DNA from: Promethearchaeota archaeon
GTDB taxonomy: Archaea > Asgardarchaeota > Lokiarchaeia > Sigyniarchaeales > SOKP01
Length of the DNA stretch: 30,802 bases
Direction: 5' to 3'
Assembly (NCBI GenBank): GCA_048941265.1
Contig: JBHLNT010000027.1
Location: forward strand, 5,793 to 36,594
The position numbers and the translations under genes are program-made. The first letter of the stretch is position 1, and every line of letters begins with the position of its first letter. The notes under the pieces were generated by a model, which had not been told where the DNA came from, did not search any database, and saw only the letters and a list, made by a program, of their open reading frames with translations. Positions 8,784-18,061 of the stretch are shown here, piece by piece.

Positions 8784-10178
8784 ATGAATGAATCAGAAAT
8801 GGAGGTAAAACATTCCAAATGCATCTATTTTTCAAACGGATTTGGACGCTTTAATGATGAATTTTTATCGATAGCTTTTGGAGCATATGTGTTCTTTTTT
8901 TACGAAACTGAAATTAAATTAGATGTATGGTTATTAGGACTTGGATTTATTATCTTTGCCATATATAATGCAATTAATGATCCTATCATTGGTTACTTAA
9001 CAGATCGTCCATTTAAATTCACTAAGAAATGGGGCCGGCGCTTTCCTTTTATTCTTTTTGGAGGGCTACCATGGATAATTTGTTATATATTTTTATACAC
9101 TCCACCTAATCAAGACCCAGTTAAAGGAGCTTTATTAATATTTTTATGGTTATTGCTGGCAACATGTTTGTATGATACATTCCAATCAATTTATATGGTA
9201 AACTTCTACGCACTTTTCCCAGACAAATTTCGTTCAGTCAAGGAACGCCGAACAGCTGCAGGTTTAGGAATCATGATTTCCGTTTTTGGAATTGTATTAG
9301 GTGCTGTTATACCCCCTTTATTTATAACATTTGGGGATATTAATTCTTATTTTATTCAAGCTATTGTAGTTATAATTGTCGGTTTAATAGCGTTATCTTT
9401 AGCAATCCCTGGCGTTAAGGATGATCAAATATACGTCGATCTTTATCTTGCGAAAGCTTTAGAAGAACCTAAAAGGGAGCCATTCTTCAAGACGATGAAA
9501 ACCCAAATCAAGCAAAAAAATTTTGTGGCATATTTCATTGCATTTGTATTTTATCAATCTATGACAGCGTGCATGATTGCATCCATTCCTTATTTAGTAC
9601 GGTATGTTTTTAGAATGAAAGCTGAGGCAATATCCTTAGTAATGATAGGTTTTCTTGTCGGATCGTTAATATCATTCCCGGTATGGATTTTTATTGGACA
9701 TAAAATTAATGATAACCGAAAAACAATCATATTTTCAGGAGCTATAATGACCCTACTTACAGCACCACTCATTTTTATCACTGATTATTATCTCTTTATA
9801 TTTGCAATCCTTATATGGGGTTTTGGTCTTGGAGGATTTTGGATATTGCTAGATCCAGTATTAGGGGATGTAATCGATGAGCAAGTAATTAGAACTGGCA
9901 AAAGATCAGAAGGTATAACCTACGGAGTAAGGGCCTTTTTTGGTCGCTTCTCCATAGTAGCTCAAGCATTAACCTTTGCAATTGTCCATACCCTCACAGG
10001 ATTCAATAAAAACGCAAAAATCCAATCTGCTGAAGCCATTTGGGGGATACAAGTCCATCTTGCCTTAATTCCAATGATTTTCATCCTCATATCAACCTTG
10101 ACGTTTTGGAAACTCTATGACCTCAATGCTGAAAAAGTAAACATAAATAAAGAAAAATTAGCCGAATTGGGCCTTTAA
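8784..10178 (+). CDS. MFS transporter, GPH/MFS_2 (sugar/glycoside:cation symporter-like)
   Basis: YNAINDPIIGYLTDR, WGRRFPF, DVIDE...GKRSEG..YG; about 12 TM. ATG 8784 has GAGGT upstream. Confidence 0.9.
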   Translation: MNESEMEVKHSKCIYFSNGFGRFNDEFLSIAFGAYVFFFYETEIKLDVWLLGLGFIIFAIYNAINDPIIGYLTDRPFKFTKKWGRRFPFILFGGLPWIICYIFLYTPPNQDPVKGALLIFLWLLLATCLYDTFQSIYMVNFYALFPDKFRSVKERRTAAGLGIMISVFGIVLGAVIPPLFITFGDINSYFIQAIVVIIVGLIALSLAIPGVKDDQIYVDLYLAKALEEPKREPFFKTMKTQIKQKNFVAYFIAFVFYQSMTACMIASIPYLVRYVFRMKAEAISLVMIGFLVGSLISFPVWIFIGHKINDNRKTIIFSGAIMTLLTAPLIFITDYYLFIFAILIWGFGLGGFWILLDPVLGDVIDEQVIRTGKRSEGITYGVRAFFGRFSIVAQALTFAIVHTLTGFNKNAKIQSAEAIWGIQVHLALIPMIFILISTLTFWKLYDLNAEKVNINKEKLAELGL

Positions 10179-10204
10179 ACATCACTACGTTTTTTTTATT
10201 TTTA

Positions 10205-11065
10205 TTATGCTTTATATTTTTCCTTAAGAAAATTTTTCATTAAATTTTCTAGATTATAGGAAAAAATCAGTCTTTTCTCTTCTGTAGAGATAGGTAACGC
10301 CAACACTTTTTGAATTTCTACCCGAGGGTGTAAACTGGGAATGTCAGTGCCGAATAAAATTCTTTCCACACCAATTTCTGGATCTTTAATGGCTTCTACG
10401 AATTTATATGTATATGGATTACCCGACATTTCTAGATATGAATTAGGACATTGTTTTGCTACTTGAATTGCGTCTGAAACTTGAGGACATAAACCAGAAT
10501 GGCCCATAATAAAAATAGATTCTTCGCATTTTTTTAAAATGGGTATTAAGTTCTTAAGGGAAGAGTGACTCCCCGTATGAGATAATACAATAATTTTATT
10601 TTCCCCGCAAAATTGAAGGATTTTTATTAGTTCTTCTTGTGCTGACTTAAAAGTAAATTTCATAATATCAGGGTGAATTTTAATCCCATACACATTATGA
10701 GTGACAAGATCTTGAAGATCTTCCTCAAGCTTCTTAGACCAGGGGTTAATATAACCAAATCCAAAAATTTTTTGGGGATATAACTCGTTCATCCGATAGG
10801 TTAGTTTCTTATCCATTTTATAAACGGGTAAATGAATAGCTTTATCAATTTGATAAAAATCTAATATTAATTTGTAGAGATTAACATTTTTTTCCGTTCT
10901 ATCCTCAGATTTTTTTTTGAATCTTCGCCAGTTCGCGAAAATTAAATCCATAACCTCATAGATTGCCAATGCTTTAAGAAATGATTTCAATGGTCTGGCT
11001 ACTAAATTTGAAAAGTGAGAATGAGCATCCCATAGACGATATTCTTCATCTTGATATAATATCAT
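10205..11065 (-). CDS. Amidohydrolase_2 family protein
   Basis: DAHSH, GIKIHP, SHTG, IMGHSG, YLEMS, ERILFGTDIP. Confidence 0.88.
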   Translation of the reverse strand: MILYQDEEYRLWDAHSHFSNLVARPLKSFLKALAIYEVMDLIFANWRRFKKKSEDRTEKNVNLYKLILDFYQIDKAIHLPVYKMDKKLTYRMNELYPQKIFGFGYINPWSKKLEEDLQDLVTHNVYGIKIHPDIMKFTFKSAQEELIKILQFCGENKIIVLSHTGSHSSLKNLIPILKKCEESIFIMGHSGLCPQVSDAIQVAKQCPNSYLEMSGNPYTYKFVEAIKDPEIGVERILFGTDIPSLHPRVEIQKVLALPISTEEKRLIFSYNLENLMKNFLKEKYKA

Positions 11066-11847
11066 TTCGAAAATAACACCTCTGCATTTGATTCTAATAT
11101 CATTCTTACATCTTCATCACTAATCTTATAGAGGCTTTGTAATTTTACAAGTTCTATGCTTGTAGCGCAGTATGGATAATTACTTCCAAATAACAATCTT
11201 TCAGGACCTATTTTCCAAATTACTTCCTCCAAAGGAGAAGTAACTGGGGACATTGAAGTTTCAAGATATACATTAGAAAATTTTTTACAGCTTTTCCATA
11301 CATTTAAATATGCACCAGATCCTCCCGCATGTCCCATAATAAATTGAAAATCTGAAAAACTAGAAACAATTTTGTCAAAAGTGTTTTTTCTACTCTCCGG
11401 AACATATCTTTGTTCTTCTTTTAACGGCCAATCTGTATGGATATAAATGGGATTATCGAATCCTAAGATCTCAGAGATTGCACGAAAATACGGTTTCAAG
11501 AATTTCGTATCTAGATTAAATCCCTGTTCTGGATGAAACTTTATGCCTCTGATATTTACAGTTTTTTTTTGTTTTTCCAATAACTCTTTATTATAGGTAT
11601 AATCATTTGAGAAATCTATTGCTCCAAATATAAGTGATTTATCCTTATACTTTTCATAATATGGTTTAACATTTTCAATATAATTAGGAATATTTTCAAA
11701 GTCGTTTTTTATCGTAGTTGGCATCAGACAAAACTTTGCTATATTAAAATCGTTTAAATTTTGCTCGAATTCGCTTAAATTTGAGATATGCCTATGAAAA
11801 TCAAATATTTTATATTTAGGGAGGTTTAAATATAGTTTTTGTTTCAT
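11062..11847 (-). CDS. Amidohydrolase_2 family protein
   Basis: DFHRH, GIKFHP, IHTD, IMGHAG, YLETS, ERLLFGSNYP (Asn where Asp is usual); overlaps the next gene by 4 bp. Confidence 0.88.
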   Translation of the reverse strand: MKQKLYLNLPKYKIFDFHRHISNLSEFEQNLNDFNIAKFCLMPTTIKNDFENIPNYIENVKPYYEKYKDKSLIFGAIDFSNDYTYNKELLEKQKKTVNIRGIKFHPEQGFNLDTKFLKPYFRAISEILGFDNPIYIHTDWPLKEEQRYVPESRKNTFDKIVSSFSDFQFIMGHAGGSGAYLNVWKSCKKFSNVYLETSMSPVTSPLEEVIWKIGPERLLFGSNYPYCATSIELVKLQSLYKISDEDVRMILESNAEVLFSK

Positions 11848-11994
11848 AAAATCGCTTGTTATTTTCTTTATTTGTTATTTAAAAATTTCCTTTATTCATA
11901 TTGATAAATACAGCAAACTTTAAGAAATGTCATATAACTCATCCTACTAATAATGATAATAGATAAATTTGCACACTTGGTATAGTTTAGGGGA

Positions 11995-13194
11995 TTATAA
12001 ATTATGATTTATCTTGATAATTAAAGATAAAACAATTATTATGACAAAAAAAATAATACTAATAATGAAAAACATAATGGCTGAATAAAGATTAGCGAAA
12101 TAACCTCCAATTAAGAATCCAATAAAATTTCCAAACCAGCCACAACTTAGAACTATGCCATATCCAAATCCAATTTTTTTATGATGAAAACAATCATTTA
12201 TGGCAGCGAGCAATTGGGGATATAGCAAAAATAATAAAAATCCAAGGAGCGCATAAAATAATAGATTTATTATCAAATCACTTGTATCTAAAAGAATGTA
12301 TATTATTACCACTGCTATCATTAAAATGCTGAAAAATATTAAAGAATTAGTCATTCCATATTTATTTTTCATACTACCTGAAAAATACGCACCAATAACA
12401 CCAAAAATTAAGGCATATCCCATAATTAATCCTGAATATTCCGAAACGATGCCCGTTTTTTCTACTCTTAAATAGACTGCTAGATTTATTATTAATAATG
12501 AATATATTGCCAAAAAAAGGATGAAGATAATAAATACTAAAATAATTAACATTTTCCGGAGTTCCTTTTCAACTTTATTCGTCACATTGATCTCATTCAC
12601 ATTATCGTGATTGAAATATTCTTCAAAAGTTATATTACGAAGATTAATCGTAATAACTATGAAAATCAGTAAACAGATGAATGCCCAAGTCAATAAAACT
12701 AATTTCCATGAACTAAAGATGATTAAAAGTAAGGCAGATGAAAAAACTGCAATACACTTGCCTAAATCTCCCGCTGCTCCTTGACGACCAATCATAATAT
12801 CACTTTTCTCTTGATACATTCTACTCGTCGTAGCATAGGAGATAGAATGCTGAAAAGATAAAGCAATTCCAGAAATAATGGCAAAAATTAGTAAACTTAC
12901 AAAATCAAATGAAATTATCATTAAAAAGGATGATAGAGATAGCAAAAACAACCCACATAACATTAAAATTTTATTATTATTTTGATCGGTAAAATAACCA
13001 ACAATTAATTGAAAGATAATAGTCGCCAGAGAATTAAAGGCAAAAATTAACCCGATTTGGAACCAATCTAAGTTAAATTCAAAATATAAACTAACCATTA
13101 GAACTGGTAATACAAAAGTAATCCCATCATTTATAAAATGATAGATATATAACCTTTTTTGAAGATAGGACCTCTCATCTTTACTGTCGATCAT
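11995..13194 (-). CDS. MFS transporter (MFS_1, Fsr-like)
   Basis: HFINDG...LP start, GYFTD motif A, FQH, about 12 TM. Confidence 0.85.
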   Translation of the reverse strand: MIDSKDERSYLQKRLYIYHFINDGITFVLPVLMVSLYFEFNLDWFQIGLIFAFNSLATIIFQLIVGYFTDQNNNKILMLCGLFLLSLSSFLMIISFDFVSLLIFAIISGIALSFQHSISYATTSRMYQEKSDIMIGRQGAAGDLGKCIAVFSSALLLIIFSSWKLVLLTWAFICLLIFIVITINLRNITFEEYFNHDNVNEINVTNKVEKELRKMLIILVFIIFILFLAIYSLLIINLAVYLRVEKTGIVSEYSGLIMGYALIFGVIGAYFSGSMKNKYGMTNSLIFFSILMIAVVIIYILLDTSDLIINLLFYALLGFLLFLLYPQLLAAINDCFHHKKIGFGYGIVLSCGWFGNFIGFLIGGYFANLYSAIMFFIISIIFFVIIIVLSLIIKINHNL

Positions 13195-13339
13195 CGATAT
13201 CTTTAATATTGGATTTAATAAAAAGAGCTCTTATTGCTTGAAAATTAAAATTTAAAAAGATATTTTATAAATATACTACATCTATATTATTTAAAAAATA
13301 GAAAAAAGTAATTAAAAAAATATTAATTGATATTTGAAT

Positions 13340-13642
13340 CTAAAATAGACTCCCGATTCCTGTTGGCTCCTCTTCTACTTCTTCTTCCTCTTTTTTCTTC
13401 TTTTTCTTGGTTCCTGATTCTGCGGGAGCTCCTCCTCCAGCAGCTGGAGCTGCCATTATAGGAGCTGCTGTTGCTGACGCCAAGATTTTATCAATATTTG
13501 CTCCTTTTAAGCCAGCAACAAGCTTTGTAATTTGACTTTTATCTGCGTTTACTCCAGCAGCAGTCAAGATCTTTTCAATCGCAGATTCAGTAATCTTTTT
13601 AGAAGCTTTATGAAGTAAGAGTGCCGCGTATATACTTTCCAT
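13340..13642 (-). CDS. rpl12p: Ribosomal stalk protein aP1 (L12p)
   Basis: MESIYAALLLH, Ala-rich hinge, acidic tail ending GIGSLF. Confidence 0.96.
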   Translation of the reverse strand: MESIYAALLLHKASKKITESAIEKILTAAGVNADKSQITKLVAGLKGANIDKILASATAAPIMAAPAAGGGAPAESGTKKKKKKEEEEVEEEPTGIGSLF

Positions 13643-13720
13643 AATTTTTAACCTCTTTTTTTTGATTTTAATATTTATTTCATAATTTTAAATCTGGACT
13701 TAAAAAAATATCCTAATTAA

Positions 13721-14683
13721 TTAAAATAATGTTCCAATACCTGTGGCTTCTTCATCCTCCTCAGGTTCTTCTTTCTTAGATTCAGCGGTTTTGCCTCTAA
13801 CTGTAGTAGACGTACTCATTCCAAAAACTATAGAATTCACTATATTTGCATTAAGAGATGCCTTCTTTATGTATTCCTCTAGCATATTTTCATCAAAAAT
13901 TGGCAGTTCGAATAAAACACCTAAAGCTTCTTTATTTGCTTTTAGTATTAAAGGCTCTATTGTTTCATCGTCAATAACTCCTAATTCAATTGCAAGTTTA
14001 TGTGCTGAAAAATAACAAGAAGCAATATCTTGTTGAAATTTTCCCATATCCATGTATAGTATATCTTCTGGATAGATTTCACCGTCACACCAGGCAAAAT
14101 GAATTTTAATCAGAGACTCAATAGGCCTAATGCCCAATTTTTTCAACACAGCCGCTTGTTTAACATCCACTAATTCTCCTGCTTTATGAGTTCTGGTATC
14201 TTCTCTTATCCAAATCGTATCATTTTGTATCCTAGTTGGCAATCGCAGAGTCATGTTTAATTCACTTATAACCTGTCCTGTTGGCAGGCCTGTATCCCCT
14301 GCTGGCACTATAATGTCCACTGGAGTGATTTCATTAGGTTTAGCAGGCACCATCCATTCATTTTCTAAAAATATATTCTTTAATTCAAAGATATCCATAT
14401 TTGTAAAGATCAGACTCGATTGCCCTGGAATACGTTTAGCAAGCTCATCAAGATTTTCCTTCTTTGATTCTTTTTGAAATTCTTCAATTGCACGGGTTTG
14501 TAAGGATTTTTTAGACATCCTAATAATTGCTTTATCTCTTAACATTTTTCGGGTCGCTTGTATTTGTTGATCGTGTATATGTCCGACTTCAATTACTCCA
14601 ACATTTTTATATTTATTAAATAAATCGACTAACAAATTAATCTCATTTAATTTCCACTGCGGAATTTCATGTTGTTTAATCAT
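13721..14683 (-). CDS. rplP0: Ribosomal protein uL10 (P0)
   Basis: IPQWK, PAK...PVDIIVPAGDTGLP.G, LKKLGIRP, tail GIGTLF. ATG 14683 has AGGTG upstream; GTG 14695 is an alternative start. Confidence 0.95.
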   Translation of the reverse strand: MIKQHEIPQWKLNEINLLVDLFNKYKNVGVIEVGHIHDQQIQATRKMLRDKAIIRMSKKSLQTRAIEEFQKESKKENLDELAKRIPGQSSLIFTNMDIFELKNIFLENEWMVPAKPNEITPVDIIVPAGDTGLPTGQVISELNMTLRLPTRIQNDTIWIREDTRTHKAGELVDVKQAAVLKKLGIRPIESLIKIHFAWCDGEIYPEDILYMDMGKFQQDIASCYFSAHKLAIELGVIDDETIEPLILKANKEALGVLFELPIFDENMLEEYIKKASLNANIVNSIVFGMSTSTTVRGKTAESKKEEPEEDEEATGIGTLF

Positions 14684-14687
14684 TTTT

Positions 14688-15416
14688 CTATACACCTATA
14701 TGTTTTAAAAAATCCTCATCAATTTTAATTGGTTTACCCATTGTGCTTTTTATAAACATGGACTTAAAATTATTATATTTATGAGGCATTTGATCAGCTA
14801 CATAGTCAACAATTGTCTTCACATTTTCAAATAATTTATTTACTTCCATTGATTTTTTCCCTACCTTCACCTGAACGATTGGATGTTTTTTAACTTGTAT
14901 CCGAATTATTTTTTTATATCTGTCGAAGGCATTGTTTAAATCATCTACACTTGAAATTATCCCATATCCTGTGGGGAATGGTTTAGGCATTTTACCAACT
15001 GGACCTAAAAATCGTGCTAAATATCTGGCAACATCGCGCATTAATTTGTCTTCCACAATAAAATATTCATACTTTTTGACAAATTTTTTCTTATATTTTT
15101 TTTCTTGCCGATCTAGCCCAGCTAACTCATCAACATCTAATGTGTCAACTCCCAGTTTTTTTGCTTCTAACAAAATTTCGTCTGAAGCAATTACACAAAT
15201 ATTTGGTTTATTTTTTGTTATAATATCGTTAGGTAATATTAATTCCTTGTCTAGCCTACTTTTTGGATCGTTTAAATTGATATCTTTCAAATTAATTATA
15301 AAATCGACAGTTTCGTCAAATTTGCGTATTTTATCCTTAAAGCCTTCCTTTTTAACTACTGAATAATCAATTGCAGTTTTAAGAGACCTTTTTAATAATT
15401 TATCATCTACTTTCAA
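14688..15416 (-). CDS. rpl1: Ribosomal protein uL1
   Basis: RKFDETVDFIINLK, LGPVGKMPKP, IKSTMG; TTG start 1 nt after the uL11 stop. Confidence 0.96.
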   Translation of the reverse strand: MKVDDKLLKRSLKTAIDYSVVKKEGFKDKIRKFDETVDFIINLKDINLNDPKSRLDKELILPNDIITKNKPNICVIASDEILLEAKKLGVDTLDVDELAGLDRQEKKYKKKFVKKYEYFIVEDKLMRDVARYLARFLGPVGKMPKPFPTGYGIISSVDDLNNAFDRYKKIIRIQVKKHPIVQVKVGKKSMEVNKLFENVKTIVDYVADQMPHKYNNFKSMFIKSTMGKPIKIDEDFLKHIGV

Positions 15417-15417
15417 C

Positions 15418-15945
15418 TTATAATTCCTCCCTTAATTTGTCATCATATTCTCCATTATCTACTCGCTTTTGAATGACTCTCGGGTCCTCACCCTCCACAT
15501 TCGCTCCAACAGATAAAGCCGTCCCTAATACTGTTTTTACAGCATTTTTAAACGTTCTATCTAATAAAATCTCTCTTTTGGATTTAGCAACCTCAATAAT
15601 CTGATCTAACGTCAAATTTCCAACTTTCTGTTCACCAGCATTAGCAGATCCTTTTTCAACCCCCATCTCTTTTAGTAAGAGTGATGCCGTAGCAGGGGTT
15701 TCCACAAATATTTCAAATTGTTTTGTCTCAGGGTCGCATTCAATGCGTACCGGAACTGTAATCCCTTTAAAAATCATAGTCTGCTCATTAATTTCATCAA
15801 CAACGTCTTTAATGTTGATCCCTGTAGGACCTTTAACTAAATAATTCGAGATGAATTACTTTACAGCTGGTCCTATAGGTGGTCCACCGCTTGCTGCTCC
15901 ACCAGTTACCATGGCACGAACAACTATTTTACCTCTCTCGCTCAT
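15418..15945 (-). CDS. rpl11: Ribosomal protein uL11, intron-split: exon 1 15945-15863, exon 2 15832-15418 (165 aa spliced)
   Basis: Exon 1 reads MSERGKIVVRAMVTGGAASGGPPIGPAV. Exon 2 reads GPTGINIKDVVDEINEQTMIFKGITVPV...PATASLL...KTVLGTALSVG. A 30-nt insert with an in-frame TAA separates them. Confidence 0.93.
15833..15862 (-). other. 30-nt bulge-helix-bulge (tRNA-type) intron in the uL11 mRNA
   Basis: Minus strand: GGACC AGCU GU|A AAGUAAUUC AUCUC GAAUUAUUU AGUU AA|A GGUCC. This gives an exon stem, a 4-bp helix, two 3-nt bulges and a 9-bp intron hairpin. Confidence 0.88.
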
Positions 15946-16004
15946 GTTGATCGAACTAAATTTTTTATTAAATTAATTCAAAATATATTCCTAAAGAATA
16001 AGGA

Positions 16005-16210
16005 ACGCAATATAAAAGGCTTAAGAATGCTTCTTTCTCATTCCAATATCTTTACTATATTGAAACCGCTTTAATTTGCGTCCTAAGTCCTTTAAAAATA
16101 TGTTTTGAACTTAGTGATTTGTAAAATAAAGCAAAATTAAAAAATTTTTTGAAAAACAAGATTAAAAAAGAAATTAAAATGAAACTCCAAAAAAAATTTA
16201 TAAAGACATA
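16005..16210 (+). repeat. Upstream region of 7TM copy 1, duplicated in front of copy 2 (about 17059-17268)
   Basis: Shared colinear blocks AACGCAATA, TGAAACCGC, an identical 29-mer GTCCTTTAAAAATATGTTTTGAACTTAGT (16087-16115 and 17143-17171), GAAACTC and AAAAATTTATAAAGA. Boundaries are approximate. Confidence 0.85.
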
Positions 16211-16269
16211 TTCTGATCTATTATTTAAAACACTAAATCTTCTTACATAAATTAGAATCATATAGGAAA

Positions 16270-17001
16270 ATGGCAATAGAAGATTTATCACAATTTGAAT
16301 TATTTCAGGGGATTTTAGACTTAATAAGCCTTGGAATCACAATCTTTGTAGGATTGAAAATTATTTCCAAATATACTAATTTTAAACGTATTGAGTTTAT
16401 AACGGTCGGCCTTATGATGATTTTTATTTCTTCTCCATGGTGGGGATGCAATATTTCATTTATTCTTATTTTATTCTTTAACACTGAAATTTCCGATTCC
16501 TTATATATATTTATCAGCTTTGGTCTGATTCCTTTATCAGTTTTATTTTGGTTATATTCTTTTTGCCACCTCACCTATCCAAAATCAAAATGGAAGATTA
16601 TTTCCATATGGTTAATTATTAGTATAGTATATGAGATTTTCTTTATAATTTTTTTATTTACTGATCCAACGCTTCTAGCAATACGAAAAACAAGAATAGA
16701 TAGCGAAACTCAGCCCTATGTTTCCCTTTATTCGTTAGGATCGTTAATAATCTCGATAATAACAAATTCTATTTTTTTTAAGAAATGCTTGAAATCAGAT
16801 AATGAAAGAGTTCAGTGGATGGGGAAATTCATCTTAATTGCATTTATCCTCTTTATGATCGGGGCATTTTTAGATTCAGCGATTTCTTTAAACCCAATAG
16901 CTTTATTGATAACAAGAATTATTTTAGTAGCTAGTTCGGTTTTAGGTTATATCGGATGGACTATGCCGGATCGAGTTGCAAAATGGTTAGTCAAAGAATA
17001 A
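16270..17001 (+). CDS. 7-TM membrane protein, tandem paralog 1 (243 aa)
   Basis: Seven hydrophobic segments; shared motifs E.ITVG, S.WWG, FWLYSF..L.YP, GKFI, R.....S...Y.GW.MP.RVA. Confidence 0.88.
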   Translation: MAIEDLSQFELFQGILDLISLGITIFVGLKIISKYTNFKRIEFITVGLMMIFISSPWWGCNISFILILFFNTEISDSLYIFISFGLIPLSVLFWLYSFCHLTYPKSKWKIISIWLIISIVYEIFFIIFLFTDPTLLAIRKTRIDSETQPYVSLYSLGSLIISIITNSIFFKKCLKSDNERVQWMGKFILIAFILFMIGAFLDSAISLNPIALLITRIILVASSVLGYIGWTMPDRVAKWLVKE

Positions 17002-17329
17002 AATATTATAACCCATTTTTTTTAGGTTTTATCCAAAAGACATTGCTAAAGGTCAAAAAACGCAATAAAGAAGTCTTAAACGTATCTATTCTATTATTTT
17101 AAAATCTCGTTTATACTGAAACCGCATAAAATTGTCTCCTATGTCCTTTAAAAATATGTTTTGAACTTAGTAATTCGAGAACGACAGCAAAAGTAAAAAA
17201 TTTTGTGAAAAATAAAAGTTAAAAAGGAAATTAAAGCGAAACTCATATACAAAAATTTATAAAGATATAGTCGATTGTTCTATTATTAGCATTACTTCTT
17301 ATTAAAATAAATAAGAATTATAAGATATT

Positions 17330-18061
17330 ATGGGAATAGAAGATTTATCAGATTTAGAAATAATTGAAGGGATATTAGGTTTAATAAGTTTAGGAATTAC
17401 AATCTTTATAGGTTTAAAAATTATTTCTAAATTCAGTATTCATAAACGAATTGAGTTTATAACAGTTGGACTTTTGATGATTTTTATTTCTAGTGCCTGG
17501 TGGGGCTGTATTTTGGCATTCATAGTATATATAGTTTTAAATTCAGACATACCTGATTCTTTATATATATTTCTTAGTTATGGTCTCCTTCCCATTTCCG
17601 TCTTATTATGGTTGTATTCTTTTGGTCATCTTACTTATCCTAATTCAAAATGGAAAATTGTTTTAATATGGGTGATCATCAGTATATTGTATGAGATTTA
17701 TTTTGTTATTTTATTATTTACAAATCCAACCCTTCTTGCGATACGGACAACGAGATTTGATAGCCAAACCCAACCTTATGTTTCTCTTTATTTAATACTT
17801 ATACTTATAATAACAATAATTACAAATTCTATTTTTTTCAGGAAGTGTTTAAAATCCGATGATGAAAAGATTCAATGGATGGGTAAATTCATATTTCTTG
17901 CCATAATAATATTTTTAATTGGATCAATTTTAGATTCTTCCATTACCATTAACGCAATAATGCTATTTATAACAAGAACTCTATTTTTAGTTAGTTCTAT
18001 TTTAGGTTATATTGGATGGATCATGCCTAAGCGTGTAGCAAGCTGGCTGATAAAAGAATAG
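17330..18061 (+). CDS. 7-TM membrane protein, tandem paralog 2 (243 aa)
   Basis: Same motifs; closest to copy 1. Confidence 0.88.
   Translation: MGIEDLSDLEIIEGILGLISLGITIFIGLKIISKFSIHKRIEFITVGLLMIFISSAWWGCILAFIVYIVLNSDIPDSLYIFLSYGLLPISVLLWLYSFGHLTYPNSKWKIVLIWVIISILYEIYFVILLFTNPTLLAIRTTRFDSQTQPYVSLYLILILIITIITNSIFFRKCLKSDDEKIQWMGKFIFLAIIIFLIGSILDSSITINAIMLFITRTLFLVSSILGYIGWIMPKRVASWLIKE

Noticed and set aside
15418-15777. The 119-aa ORF as complete uL11, or rpl11 as a pseudogene
   Set aside because: An intact N-terminal exon lies in frame upstream, and the single lesion is a precise BHB-bounded insert.
15856-15858. Sec/Pyl recoding or readthrough of the uL11 internal stop
   Set aside because: The codon is TAA, and readthrough would put 10 extra residues into a length-conserved loop.
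16055-16291. 78-aa minus-strand ORF
   Set aside because: Low-complexity F/L/I-rich translation of an AT-rich spacer; the duplicated copy has indels relative to it.
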